This document shows positions 11,861-26,210 of a stretch of 64,000 bases of DNA, piece after piece. This stretch comes from Callorhinchus milii. Taxonomy: Eukaryota. Position 1 is the first letter of the stretch; each line of letters opens with the position of its first letter. The stretch covers positions 63,304,001-63,368,000 of the forward strand of contig NW_024704743.1 in assembly GCF_018977255.1 (NCBI RefSeq). The letters run 5' to 3'. Position numbers and translations under genes: made by a program. The notes under the pieces were generated by a model. That model did not search any database, was not told the origin of the DNA, and worked only from the letters and a program-made list of their open reading frames with translations.

Positions 11861-14499
11861 TTAAGGCAACTATTTTCAGAAAAGAAGGAACCTAGAACAA
11901 TAATTCCAGGAAGTACATTGTCCCAAAAGTATATCCCACAACACTGCATGCAACATGTGCATTCTGTTTTTTTGCATAGAGTTAAGTGACAAGAGGACTT
12001 AAAGTAGCCTATAACAATTTAAAAAAATACATCACCATTGCGATGTGTTAAAGGTGAGCAATATTCAACTCATTTTAGTTTACTAGTCCTAATTTAGGTC
12101 ATTATTAAACTCTGTTCCTTTGAGAATGTACCTATATTTTAGAAAAACTCCCCCCTGCAAGAAAAGTAATGAATTCAAGTAAATGCTCTCAATCAAAATT
12201 ATACATGTTTATAAAAGTTCTAAATTGGAGAACAGAACAGTCACTGCCCCAACCTGTGGTGCTTGTTAAACCAGTGCCGCATTTATGCGTTGCTTAGAAT
12301 TCTGAAGACTAACTTAGCTGCTCACTAGATTTATAAAATCCTCAGTGGCTCGTTTCAACAAAGTCACTGGAGTCAGGAAGCACTTAAATTCATCAGCATT
12401 TTGATTAGATTAACTCGTTTTGTGACTGCTGATATGATTATCTGCATATTAGTATTCAAATAACGAAAGTAACTAAAAAAAATCATGGATTGAAGTACTA
12501 CCTTATTTTAAGGATAATTGATTTAACCAGGAAGGTGATACAAAAGTCAAATTACAGGATTCAGTTTTTAGAATTATTTCCAACCCACCTGTAAATTTTG
12601 GGCAGAACAGAATTATGGCAAATACACTTATTGGATACTGAGCTTGGGTTGTGAATGTTCCTGAAGGAACACTATTTAGATGAACAGTGAGGTGTAGGAG
12701 TCTCTTAAACTCATTGGTTCCAAGTGAATTTCACTTGGCTTCGAGTATGGTCTTTACACTTGAAAATGTCATCTAACAATGGAAGTCAGATATCGTCAGT
12801 GAGATAGACATTGAGATAGTCAGTTGCTTGGAGACATTCATGGCACTCTATGCAAACTTTAAAGTTGGGTCAAAGGGAAATTCAATTTGGGTCAATCCAA
12901 TTGGGATCAACTGCAGTGGCTGTTACATAAAGTGCAAAATTGAAAAAAATATAAAAAGCGTGTTGATTTAAAATTACAAACTACTGCCAAACTAAGTAAA
13001 CTCACTAAGAAAAAAAATGCTCTTCAAATATGCTGTGTGTAAATTGACTGCCATGTTTGCTGCAAATACATGGTCACTAAACTTTACAGAAAATTCTAAA
13101 GTGCTTTGAACGTTTCACATGAAATGGTATTGTATCAAATACAAGGACTATAACTATTATAAACCATGTCACTGGGAAGATAAATCTTTTTTTAAAAGCA
13201 CCAGTGTTTAAGCAAGCATTCGCTTTCCTATACCCACAAAATATGAAAAAGTTGCTTCAGCTCATTTGATTAATCTTTTCAAAATACCAATCCTATGGTA
13301 TTTCCATTATAGCACCAATCAGTTTCTCAAACAAGTCCAGTGTTCTGGCCTCTATCACTCTGCTCGAAACTGTGTTGTTTTGGTCAACCTGGTGTCTGAC
13401 ACATCACTATGCTTCAGAGTTTCCAAACCAAATCAAGAGTTCCACATGTGTTACACCCTTCTGGAAACATGTTCCAGCTCCTAGAGTATTTGTTCTGCAA
13501 ATAAATATTTCTGCTGCCCATATTAAATTACTCCCAACAACCCAGGGCCAAAAAGTATTGCTCTGGATTTACTTTTTCTCTCCAATTTTAACATCTTACA
13601 TACCCTTAGAATGTTTCCTCAGAGGTGAATGATGCCATGAATTTGTTCGACAACGGAGACAAAAATCTATTGTCAATGGGAGGAGGGGGGAAAAAAAAGC
13701 TGACAATGCACCTCCAATAATGACGTATATTCACAGCAGGATGGGGGAAGATCCTCTTACCATTCAGGTTACATTTCTTTAAGGACACTGAACCAGAACA
13801 AATACTCCTGTGGGTTAGCTTATCTGTATGCGGAACTTGAACAGAGCAGTGAGAATCCATAATTAGAAAGAATGTGTGCAGACGAGTTACCCAATGAGAA
13901 CTGTCTGGTTTCTCAACTTTTTTTGTTAAAAAACCCAATACCGAACATTGATTTTTCAGTGAAGTTTACAGACACAAATGTAATAAAAGCAATTTCTCTT
14001 GTTCCCAAAGAATGGCATGCACTGCACTATCAACTTTTTATTTCCAAAGACCTCAGTAACACATCCCTATTAACTTCCATTGACTTCTTTGCATTCACCA
14101 CCTCCTTCTCAAAACAGGAAACCTTCTAGCCATACTTTACTTGAATGGTCTGATTCACCAGTGCCGTCCATGCCATAAACATGTACAGTAAAAGGCGCAT
14201 AAGTCTGATCTGTATAAATTGTATAATCTCTTAAATTGTACATTTGCCAAAGTCCCATTCAATTTCCTATTAAATCCATTTAAATTTATATCAACTAGTC
14301 ATATTAACATCAACATCATTCTCTACGGCAGTGGAGTGGGGCATGTTGCCATGACAGCTTCTTTTCTGGTTGTTATCTCACACCACTGTATTATTAAGAA
14401 TTACTGGACTAAATCATGTTGGCATACCTTGACATACCTCAGTTCAATCCATCAAAGGGACTTTCTCTTCCTCCCCACCCAATTTATAATATTCCTTTC

Positions 14500-14652
14500 A
14501 TTTAATATAGCACTTTATCACGTCTTCGCGACATCTCAAGCATTTCCCAGAATATATTGTAAAGTGAATTGACTGTATATTTTGAGGGCGAAACGCGACA
14601 GCCAGGTGCGCACAGCAGTGTCACACAAACAGTTGTGGATTGTGTGACCAAA
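14500..14652 (-). mobile_element. SINE 3' fragment
   Basis: Matches the body and tail of the full-length SINE. Confidence 0.8.
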
Positions 14653-16879
14653 TTTTTTTTTAATAATTGTAAAAATACAATTTTGGGGCGGAAGGAATTA
14701 CTATCCCCCGAAAAGCGATCCATCAATCGATTAACAAACGGGTTCCTACTTACTGCTAGAGGAAGGAAACCTGCCAAACCTTTTGCCCTGCTGAGAATTT
14801 ATTCACCTTGGAATTAGCAGCAATCTTCTTTGATTTCACCCCAATCACCATTATGAAGTGTAGGATACATGCAGAATGGAAAATCCAGAATTCACTGAAG
14901 CTGCACGGTCCAAGCACTTGATATGCAGACAGAAGCCTCAGGCAGCCCAATGTCCAAGGTCATAAAATTCAAGAACCTTTTTAAAATTTATAATGGAGAA
15001 GGTAGAGGACGTTATGGCAAATTGTAGTGTGGTAACCCTGCTAATATCCTGCAAGCACAAGTCTTACAGCAAAACTTAAATCCACATACCAAATAACGTG
15101 ACCACCTTCATCATTCCTCAGCAGGAACTAGGTGGAGAGTCCCACTGGGGCAAAACAGGCACCTTGTCTCTTCCAGTGGAAAGTTCATGTCCTATTTTCG
15201 GTATCAAAGGACAATATGAACATTTATTAGAACTAATCAAGACCTTGGCCCAATTGTGAACTTTCTGCAGTATTCTATGCCGAAGTGAGAAAGGGATTTT
15301 GTGTGTTCAGTGAAGGAGAGGAGAAAGAAAGTAACTAAATATTGTACATAACTAGCAATTTAATTTATAAGTTCTTAGGAAAAATTTAAGTACTTCAGTA
15401 TCCATCATGTCTACACTCGCCACCTTCCTCGTCAAATCCACCCACTAAAATCAGGATTAATGATTTTACTAAAATCAAGATCAATCAATCATTTATAGAT
15501 TACCCCTAATGAACCATAAGAGTGCCAAGTACCAGGAAACTGAACAACTGGATATCATATTCCATTTATTCTGAGGGAGGAAAGATTAAGAAAAATAAGG
15601 TTATTAATCAGTACAATTTGTATCAAATCTGCCAAAGCTGATAAGTGATTATGTGCTGCAACTGAACAAAGCTTATACTTGGGAGAATGCAAACTGCAGT
15701 ACTCAAAGGATCAAAGAGGGTTTTATCTATGCATCCAAATCCTAACAGTTATCAGAAATAAATATTTCAGTCGAGTGCCTCACCCAAAATAAGACACGAG
15801 TTTGAGTTTTGGAGATTTTGTTTATCTCCAAAAGAAATTTTAAATTGTCATAACGTTTTTCAATTTAAAATGTAAAGGCGCTAAATAAAATGCAAATTTA
15901 AAGTGATCTTATATAAGTTACCATGATAATAATGAATAAACAAAATAATGTACATGGACAGTTAAAACAGTACACATTTGGTACACTGGTATTGTCATCA
16001 ATGTCCTTGCCTCCTGTGGATAAGGGTCTCAGTAGCTGCTACTGATTTCATCACTGCTTGTTGGATGTTGTTGGCACAAATAGATGCCACATTGACCTCC
16101 AAAACAAGAAATATGCACTTCATTTCTAATTAATTTCATTTGTAAAGTGCCTCAAGTCACTTCTTTATCAGGAAAGGTGCTATCTAAATGCAAGCTGTTG
16201 ATGATTCTGATTACACAAAAAGCACCATCAACATGGTATATGTCGCACTTTATATTCAAAGAGGCTAGAGAGCAACGTACAAATCTCTACAATGTTTTCA
16301 ATTACCGTTGAAAACCATTTACTGTGTGCCATCCAGAATTATGAAGGCTGTACGAAAGCTAGACTGCCCAGATTTTTTATTAATAACATACGATAAACTA
16401 TGCTTGTCAAAATCATATTTATTAATATAACACAATAACCGTATGCTGGACAAAACAATTGCAGAGAGAAAAAAAGGTGAGCTCCTTTACTATCTCAATT
16501 CAGCTTCCACCCCACCGTTTCCTCTTAAACGAGTACTATAGCATTGAATGACTGTTTCCAGGTAAGCCGTGGACATTCTGCCAATATTTTATACTGTGCT
16601 CACTCTTCTGAATCAGTGAGACTAAGTGCCGGTCAGGTGACTGCTCTGTTGAACATATCCAGTGCATCTGTAAACATAATCCTACCTCCCTACAGTTCAC
16701 CACTAACTCTCTCCCAGTTTTTCTCCAATCATCCTACCTTTGGTTACAACCAAGCTCAGTGCAGACTCCAGCAGCATCATCTCATTTTCTTCTGAGCACT
16801 CTACAACCAGGTGGCCTGAACACTGACTTCAATAACATCAAACTTAGACATTTCTGAAAGATTTTTTTTTTAAAGAAGA

Positions 16880-17046
16880 CACGGTTTGTGGGCCACTGCT
16901 GTGTGCAATTGTCTGCCAAGTTTCGGCAAACAAAATATACAATCGATCCGCTTTACAATATATTCTGAGAAGTGCTTTGAGACGTCTCAACGACATTATA
17001 AGATTTTGCTAAATCAAAAGTAAGGATTATTATTATTATTATTACT
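16880..17046 (+). mobile_element. SINE 3' fragment with (TTA)n tail
   Basis: tttgtgggccactgctgtgtgcaatt...aaggattattattatt. Confidence 0.8.
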
Positions 17047-18163
17047 AATATCTCCTTTATTTTCTCACCCTATTCCCTCAAGCGTTTTTCAAAAATGTAA
17101 TTAACGACTGTACAAAGAACGTACAGTATGAAAACAGGCCTCCGGCCCAACCAGTCCATGACAGACTCTCTTTCTGTTTTCTACTAGTCTTACCTATACT
17201 TTTGATTTACTAATATACCTGCAATTCTGAGAACCTCTGAGATTTCCTTTGTATCCTGTACAGTCCTTAGCATCCATTCCAGGATTCACAATCTGTGTAT
17301 GAAGTTAGGGGTTTACATTTTTAGCTTAATTATAATTCTTATACATTTTAATATAGGATCAAGCAACTTATTACAGAGGATTACATAAATCTCCTATAAC
17401 CTCAAAAATAATGCAAACATTGAAGCCAGAGGCAAATACTGCAAAATGCTGAGTACAACCACACTATAGCTCAAAAGCTATAAATTGGGCCTACAAGAGA
17501 ATTTTATGTGACAAAAAAGAATGGCGTAACTTATTAGTATCGGACTGATGCACATTTTCACAGGAGGTCTGGAAACTTTTTAACACTTTTTATGCTTATG
17601 TATGAATCTCTCCATCGCTGCCAAAATGTTCCATGTTCAAAATCTCATCTGCTTGGAAAACTCAAACTAAAAATATGTGGACCAAAGAATACCATCAGGC
17701 AATCAGTTTGCTTTCTGATGCTCTATTTTTTGTACCTTAGAGTGGTAGGATATGTTGTGAGAATAGATATTTCACCATCTTGGTTACTTCAAAGGGATTG
17801 ATTCCTCACAGGAGGGAGGAACTCGCATGAACTCCTTAAAAGGCCGTGAATTATTTGGTGTAAATTTCTGGTTCTGCACTTCATGCTACCAATTGTGGCA
17901 CAGAGAATTCCTGTCCTACATCCCAACTAGAAGGGAATGTGCTATGACAGGCAGCTACAAAGACAAAATTAATGTACGGAACCTTTGCAGCAGATTCATC
18001 AGAACACATTTTTGATCAAAAGAATTGAGGGTATTTTTTTTTTAAAAAAGCATTTTCCCTGATCAAATTACCTACACCTTCACTTAATAATGTTCAATGT
18101 ACCAGAAAGTTTAGTGAACTTTCACGATGTATATGGTTAATCCAGTTATAAGAACATATTGAG

Positions 18164-18462
18164 ATAATAATCCTTGTATTCGATATAGCGCTTTTCACGT
18201 CTTCTAGATGTCTCAAAGCGCTTCACAGAATATACTGTAAAGTGAACTGACTGTATATTTATGGGCAAAATGCGGCAGCCAATTGCGCACAGCAATGTCC
18301 CACAAGCAGTTGTGAATTGAAACTACCAATTTATTGTTGTTTTTTTTTGAGGGATTATTATGGAGTAAGGAAACTTGCCCAAGGTTTCACCCTGCTGGGA
18401 ATTGAACTCAGGTCTCTCGCTTGCAAAGCGAGTGCTCTAACCACTGAGCTACAGGACTCCAC
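18164..18462 (-). mobile_element. Full-length tRNA-derived SINE, copy 3
   Basis: Complete head, body and tail. Confidence 0.9.
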
Positions 18463-18792
18463 GTTAAAAAGAACAATGCGGTGAGATCCATCATCCCATT
18501 GTACTTTTGATCCGTTCAGGCATCATTACAAAAATTCGCAATTTTAGAAAAACAAATGAACAGAAGGTGTCACTGACCGTCCTTTTAAATGCAGCTTAAT
18601 GTTCTCCAGATGAATAATAATTCTTACAATTGATTCAAGAACAACTGAAAGTGCTTCAAGCTTTCTGCACAGTATAGTGACTACAAATTTGTAAGCAAAT
18701 AGAGCAGCAAATTTGTGCATAGTAATGTCCCACAAACAGCCATGGTGTGTATGACAAATTTTATCTGCAGGATTGTTGGACTAAATGTGACA

Positions 18793-19226
18793 AAACATAG
18801 GAACAGGAGGAGGCCATTCAGCCCCTCGAGCCTGTTCCACCATTTATTTAGATCATGGCTGATCTGTACCTCAACTAATCCTTTCAATTCCAATTTCCTG
18901 CTTTATTCCCATATCCCTTAATACCCTGACCTACCAAAACTCTATCAACCTCACTGTTGAAGGTATGGATGAATCCAGCATCCACAACTTTTTAGGGGAG
19001 AGAATTCCAGATTTTTTTAAAAAAAAACATCCTTTGAGTGAAAAAATGCTTCCTGATTTCACTCTTAAATGGCCTGGTTCTAATTTTAAGACTATGCCCC
19101 TTGTTTTGGATTCCCCACCAGAGGAAATAGCTTCTCTGTATCTTCCCTATCAAATCCCGTTATCATTTTAAATACCTCAATCAAATCACCCCTCAACGTT
19201 CTAAACTCAAGGGAATACAATCCAAT
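18793..19226 (-). mobile_element. CR1 LINE 3' end (preceded by a SINE fragment at ~18640-18780)
   Basis: cataggaacaggaggaggccattcagcccctcgagcc terminal sequence, homologous to 21147-21550. Confidence 0.85.
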
Positions 19227-21146
19227 TGGGATGTCCTCCCAACATGAAAGGCACTAATGTAAATTTGTAGTGTACAACTGATATATCCTCCACCACACCC
19301 CCCCACCATGAAGCAGAAATTTCTCGAAGTTTAAAATTCCAAATCCAAAGTATAGTACAATAATTATATTTCCCTCAGATATACAAATTACTACTTTTGT
19401 TCCAAGCGCTCCCGAACTGAAAGTAATAATCAGCTCGCAGAACCCCATACCATCCATCTTTGCTTGTTAACTGCTCTGAATGCATCAGTCAATAAAACTC
19501 TTCAGGCTATTTATTTGATAGCACTGTTCAAATAAGTTTACTACAGAAGTTGATGCGCCAGCCTGCCCAACCATACAGTAAGTGCACAGTAATTTGCCAG
19601 CCACAGACACTGACACAGACAATATCTTTATTTCACCATAGATTCAATGGCTTTTCTCAGGTTTCCATGTTACACTGTTCTTCCCTTAATCTCATTTAAA
19701 CTGACCATGGCAACCGAATGTCATTTCACCAAAATGTAATGTTAAAATGTAGAATGTTATCACTTTGAGAATAAGCATAACTCAATCGATAAAGGGTAGA
19801 AAGGTTTGGAGTACAAGTTAGGTTTAACCGTCTTAATAAGAATTCAGCAAAGGTAGACAAGGGAGAATAGATTCAATTTTTATTCAGGTGGATTATGCGT
19901 AAATCTTGACTAAACACATTTTATGTGTAAAAATTATGAGTACAGAGGTAATTACAGGTATTCTAAATTAGTAATTAAAGGGGAGTTTTCTCCCCAAATC
20001 CCCCAGAAAAAAATTGCTCATTTACTTCATGGCTGTTTCAATGCTGGTGACATTAAAGCAATTGTTATGCATTAGTCATAAAATCTGACTTATACATAAC
20101 TTTGCACAAGTCATATATGATATAAATTATGCAAGTTTGCCACAACTCATACTGTAGTACAGGAAATGGGAATTTTACTTGAGCCCAACATAATAATACT
20201 TGCATTTTCAGAAAAACTTATTTTTTGAAAAAACTGTATGTTGCCAGGGTTAATGCTCAAATTATGAAAAAATTTCTATATTTTTCAATTAAAAATACTG
20301 TCTTCCTTTATAGCCAAGGAGACTTTATAGTCAAAGAGTTAGGATTACCAGGAGACCAGCTCAAAAGACATCCAGATACGCTTTCTGCACTTTTTTCCAG
20401 AAATAAGGTTAACCATTTAGATTATCCAAAGTCTTGTTAGCATTGAATTTTCAATGCTCATACCTGCATAGTCTCCTATTTGCTGATCTCCACATTGCAA
20501 TTCCTTAAGAATAAAAGGTCAAATAGGACTTGTTGCAGCCTCAGCCTCTGATCATAAAGTATCCCTTTGCATACACTAAGAAATGTAAAGCTATTACACA
20601 AATTTCCTTTTCATTTGCATAAAGTTAAATATCCCATTAAATAAATAACTTATTGGGCCCAATGACCTTTCCGCATTTTAAATTCCTCTGCCTTCATGTG
20701 TACTAGCCTCCTCGCCATTAATTTTGTCTTTGTAGAAATTGCAGCAGCAAAAGGCCACATAATGCTACCATCTTTATCGTGTATTTATTTTTAACAGTTC
20801 CTGAACTGTGGTGACAGCATCAAGGAAAGAGATGTTTTTTCTCACCACATAATGGTAGCCAAATAAAATTGGACTGAATTGTAGGAAAATAATTTGTCAA
20901 CACATATTTTCAATGATACACAGTTGTGAAGAAATCTCAAATAAGCATAGTTAGTCAAACATTTACAAATTAATGATTTTTAGCACATTTTCAGGGAAAT
21001 TGTTATGTGTAAATTGGCTGCCACATTTGCCTACAAACAGTCATTATACTTCACAGTAAAATCCTGAAGTGCTTTGAGACATCTCAATGATCAAATACTA
21101 GCATTATTATAACTATGTCGAGTTGAACCTTGCTAATACTGAGACA

Positions 21147-22330
21147 AGAACATAAGAATTAGGAGCAGGAGTAGGCCATTCGGCCCCTCGAGGCTGCCCC
21201 GCCATTCGATAAGATCATGGCTGATCTTCTGACCTAACTCTAATTACCTGCCCTATCCCCATATCCCCTAATCCCTCTATTTTTTTAAAAAATCTATCAG
21301 TCTCAGCCTTGAAGATGTTCAAGGACTGAGCATCTACAGCCTTCTGGGGGAGTGAATTCCATAAATTCACTATCCTCTGAGTGAAGAAATGTTTCCTCAA
21401 CTCTGTTCTAAAAGGCTGACCCTGAATTTTAAGACTGTGACCCCTGGTTATAGATTCTCTTACCAGGGGAAACAGACCCTCAGTGTCTACTTTATCCAGC
21501 CTTTAAGAAGCTTATATGTTTCAATAAGATCTCCCCTAATTCTTCTGTACTCTATCTATCTATCCCGTTGCATCATCCTCAAAGCTTACTCTCCCACCTA
21601 GTTTAGTGTCATTCACGAATTTAGATACGTTACACTCAATGTCCTCGTCTAGATTATTGATGTAAATTGTAAATAGCTGAGGCCCAAGCACTGATCCTTG
21701 TGGCACTCCACTAGTCACATCCTACCAATTCGAGAATGACCCGTTTATCCCTACTCTCTGTTTTCTACCTGTTAGCCACTCTTCAATCCATGCTAATATG
21801 TTCCCATTAATCCCGTGGGCCTTAACCTTGTGCAATAGCCTTTTGTGTGGCACTTTGTCAAATGCCTTTTTAAAATCTAAATATACTACATCTACTGGTT
21901 CCCCCCTATCTAACCTGCTAGTTACATCTTCAAAAAACTCTAGAAGATTAGTTAAGCATGACTTCCCTTTTGTGAAGCCATGTTGACTCTGCCTAATCTT
22001 GTTATGGTCTTCCAGGAATCCCATAACGACATCTTTAATTAAGGACTCAAGAATTTTCCCTTCCACTGATGTCAGACTAACTGGTCTATAGTTCCCCATC
22101 TTTTCTCTCCCACCCTTCTTAAATAGTGGTGTCACGTTTGCAATCTTCCAATCAATGGGAACTGTTCCAGAATCCAGAGAATTTTGGAAGATCAAAGACA
22201 AGCCATCCACTATCTCAGTAGCCACCTCTTTGAAAACCCTAAGATGTAGGCCATTAGGTCCAGGAGATTTATCAGTTTTAAAACCTGACAATTTACCTAA
22301 AACCATTTCTTTACTAATATTAATTCCCCC
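21147..22330 (-). mobile_element. 5'-truncated, internally deleted CR1 LINE with RT fragment
   Basis: ORF 21722-22384 contains KSPGPNG, NYRPVSLTS, QHGFTKGKSCLTNL and YLDFKKAFDKVPH. The C-terminal RKHFFTQRIVNLWNSLP and the CR1 3'UTR are present. Confidence 0.95.
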
Positions 22331-23033
22331 AATTGGAGATCCTCCAATTGGAGATCCTCGAATCCTAAAAATAACTTGTATCAAATGGTATGTATCAGAT
22401 GATTATGTTAGCAACTGCACCATTTTTTGATTTGCACATATCTATTTGAATAAAGAAGTTGTGCTTAGTCCAATCTATGATATCTTTTGAAGTGAGTTAA
22501 AATTCCTCCTGGTACTGCAATATAAACACAGGCTGACAACTGGGTTTTAATTGAGTTGTTATGTAGGGACAATTCCCAAGCCACTTTAGTCATCACAATA
22601 AACTCTTAGACATAAACCAAATTCCATTTTTCTGACAAGAATACATTTCATCACCAACAGGCACAGATGTGTCAGATTTTACTCAGTATAGGTACATTTT
22701 GTAGTTTTATTCAGTATAAGCAAATTCTTTGCAATTACAACAGTAAGTATGATGCCCAAAGTCCAAACAAAAGTGGTCTCATATCCCTTTCGCAATGTCA
22801 CTTTATCTCAAGTTAAGCTTTCTCCAGAGGCAAGAGTAATATAAAACTGTAGACTTTGAGCTGTAGACTTTGGAGTGAACGGCTAAACATAAGAGCTATG
22901 TTCTGAAACTAATAGATGATCACTGGCCATTTGATTGACTGATTAGCTGGAAAACTTTTATTGTATGGTATATTGGAACCTGAATTAGTGAGTCAAAAAT
23001 ACCCAACCCACAGCACGGGGCGGGGGGGAGGGG

Positions 23034-23036
<3 letters not shown>

Positions 23037-23063
<27 letters not shown>
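23037..23063. repeat. (AG)n microsatellite
   Basis: Direct reading. Confidence 0.9.
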
Positions 23064-23064
<1 letters not shown>

Positions 23065-23607
23065 GAAGGCAATCCCAAACTCCGGCCCACAGAATGGGGG
23101 TAGGTCCCAGATACCCAGCCTCCACTATTGGTGATGCCAGAAACCCTGCGTCATATTGGGGGTCCACTAAAATACAGCTACTAATTATCAGTCAGGAGCT
23201 CTGCAAAACTCCAAGTTACAAATTGGTTTTGCCAGAGCAAAGAAAACAAGTGCAGCTTTTGAATATAATGCAGCCAGATATTTTAGGACTCACATAATAA
23301 AAAAGTGGCAATACGCAACATTAAGTGGGCAGTAGAATACATCACTGATCATCTATTTGCAATCTGCCTGACCGTATTCAACTCAAGAGTTCATTGCGCG
23401 AGTGAAGTGACCTCACCCATTCCAGATGTTCTGTTTCCACTAGAAGAAATTTACGGAGAGGGCAACATTGTCATCCATTCATGCTGTGATAAGGCACTGA
23501 CTTCATCTGATAAGGCACTGCCATTGATCAGTAGAAGATATGCTTTGATACAAGATTGCCACATACTAAGTCGTAAAAAGTTTCACACAAAAAATCGTGC
23601 AAAACCA

Positions 23608-24040
23608 GTCCTTGCTTTTGATATAGTGCCTCATTAAATCACCGAGACATCTCAAACGCTTCACAGAACTTTTTTGGGGGTCACGAGGGTGTCTGACACA
23701 TGCTGAAACCCATCAAGATACTGAAGATTATCCAATTCAAACTTATAATTCTATACATCCCACCTACACATGGAAATTTCAGAGATAAATTGTTAGAATG
23801 GAATGTGCACCCTCTCCCTGGAGGGATGCATCCTGGTTACCTAATTCCAGAAACTATTAGGCCCAGGTTGGCAACAGCCAAGGCTTGGGGACCCCAGGCT
23901 GTGAGCTGGGGCACTTCTGAAATCTAACAGCTAAAACAGCATAGCTTGCCATTGATATTGCTGGACCACCCTACCTGAGCATTCTCTTGAAAGGTTAACA
24001 AGTGCTGAGTGGGTTGACTCCCTGCCCTCAGGGACCATAC
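23608..24040 (-). mobile_element. Unassigned interspersed repeat with L2-type tail, copy A
   Basis: Colinear by eye with the reverse complement of 49650-50065. Confidence 0.7.
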
Positions 24041-25839
24041 CGATCTGTCCCCGATCTTTCAATAGAGGAAGGAAGAGAGAGAGAGAGCAAGCGAGAGAGA
24101 AAGCAAACGCAAGCATGACAAGTGGGAATTGTGTAAGGGAGCATAAGGGTGAGAAAGATATAAAGAACCCTTTTTTCAGATGACAGCCATTTCCTTACAT
24201 TATTTACTTTCTCTAAATTGCACTAAGCATGGAACTTTTAGAAGATAGAAGAAAGATTTATTTTTTCTGTGCAAGCAGCAATACTCAGCCCCAGGTTAGG
24301 TTAGATTTATTGTGCCGTTTTCAAATCCATAGTTGAACATTCTAATTTCAGAATGGATTTAATGCTTATTTTTGAAAGTTAGCAAAATCGTAACCTGCTA
24401 TTTTCACAGATAACTGTGACCATTTGCTGTTTTTTCAGATTTTGATACATGCGTGCATTATAATGGTAGTAATTATCCTTGCATTTGTTAACACATCTCA
24501 GATAAATTTCACACAGGATTGGTGTCAAGTGTAGCTCAGTAAGGACAAAGTTACTGTACAAGAACTATAAAATTTTGATAGCAAACATGATGATTTGTTC
24601 AAACAGACTACAGTATAATTGCTACAATAGTAAAGATGTGGATCCAGCCAAGATTAAGCAACTAATCCTGTAAAATTTAATATGGCAATACATGAATGAA
24701 AATTTGGTCTTTTATTCAGACTTGCAATCCTAGACCAATGGAAAGTCAGAATCCAAAACATAAATAAATTTGCATTACATGTAAAAGGCAGATTAACTGT
24801 TGCCTATTCAACAAGAACAAATGTATTTAAAACAATAATAACAGTATTTTTATATCTCCACAATACCAAAAAACACTAAATCACCAACTGCTCTTCCGAA
24901 AAAAAATAGATTTTCTTTTAAATGGAAAACAGGCAGTAAATGCAATTGTTGGGAGTACAGTTCTACCCACTGAATGTGTTCTAAACTTAGTGGGAATTGT
25001 GTACAAAAGGCAGCACTTTCATAACTAGCACTGCAAAAGCATTTTGTCAGTAGGGCCAAGTTCAGTTTGTGAGGGAGATGATTTGACAGGACAGATTAAT
25101 TTAGAAAACCAAAATCAATTGAACATGTTCTGAATTAATCCAAAATCCAAATGCCCTGATGTGCTGCAGGGAAAACACCTTATACTATGGCTGTGAGGCT
25201 AATCGGCTGTTGGTGAAATGTTCCAAGCAAGGTTCAAGGTGGATTAACCAGCTATCTGATGAGACGAAAGTTAAATAGATTGCATTCATCTAAAGTAAAT
25301 CTCAGGATGTGCACCAGAGTAGACAAAGGTAAGGTTTAGAAAATAGGATTTTAAGGCAGGCTGATTTAAAAGCACAGAGTTCATATTAAGACTATATTGG
25401 GATATAGTCAAATCTAAAATGTAAAGCCTGGATATGCACTAAGGGAAGAACAGCTGGTCAGCTTTCAATTTTTTTTATGACTTATTTAAAACTTGAACCA
25501 AAATGCCTTTCTGTTTTTTTAACTGAGTCAACAAGTTCTCTGAAGTTTAGTACAGCATAATAAAGCGCCTCATCTTTGCTTCAACACTGGGACTTATTCA
25601 AATAGTAAAAAGTTGATGTTGGGGGTGCAGATGCAGCCAAGGCCTTGCAGCAGTTGACCCTCTGAGTGGGACTGGATGACAGTATAAAATTCTTTTATAC
25701 AAACTTCAGCAGCAGTTTTTCTGACTTCAATGAGCAGCAATGCTACTTATATAATACACAACTGTTCGGTTCTTAACCCCAGCTTCAGAAAGAGCACCCT
25801 CTGCTGCATCATGGTGAAATTTACTTTTTTTACACAAAC

Positions 25840-26210
25840 TTCTTATGCTTCACAGAAAATACGGTAAAGTGAATTGACTGTATATTTTGTGGGCAGGCAA
25901 ACAACAGCCATTTGTGCAAGGAGTCCCACAAACAGCAATGAAATTATGAATAATAGGATTGTTGGCTAGGATATTGAAAGAATATTTTGTATAGTGTCAC
26001 AGAATCTTTAATCTTCATCTCAATAGACAGAACATGGTTAAATGTCCCATCTGAAAAACTAGTGAATCTCTGCCAATGGATCTCATCACCTTCACTACTG
26101 CCTTGTGTCATCCTAGATTATTTCAAATAATCCTTACATTTTATCTTCATGTGGGGCTTAAAGAAGATGCAACCTAGAAGTGAAAATGCTACCAACTGAG
26201 CCAAGTTGCT
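25840..26210 (-). mobile_element. Degenerate Deu-domain SINE
   Basis: atagtgtcacagaatctttaa..ggttaaatgtcccatctgaaa core and ccaactgagccaag head. Confidence 0.65.

Noticed and set aside
14345..19716. RFX-like motifs gttgccatgacagc (14345) and gaccatggcaac (19702)
   Set aside because: Isolated short motifs; enhancer function cannot be supported without conservation data.
21722..22384. 220-aa reverse transcriptase as a functional or domesticated gene
   Set aside because: It is a truncated CR1 fragment with a stop, a deletion and a mutated catalytic motif.
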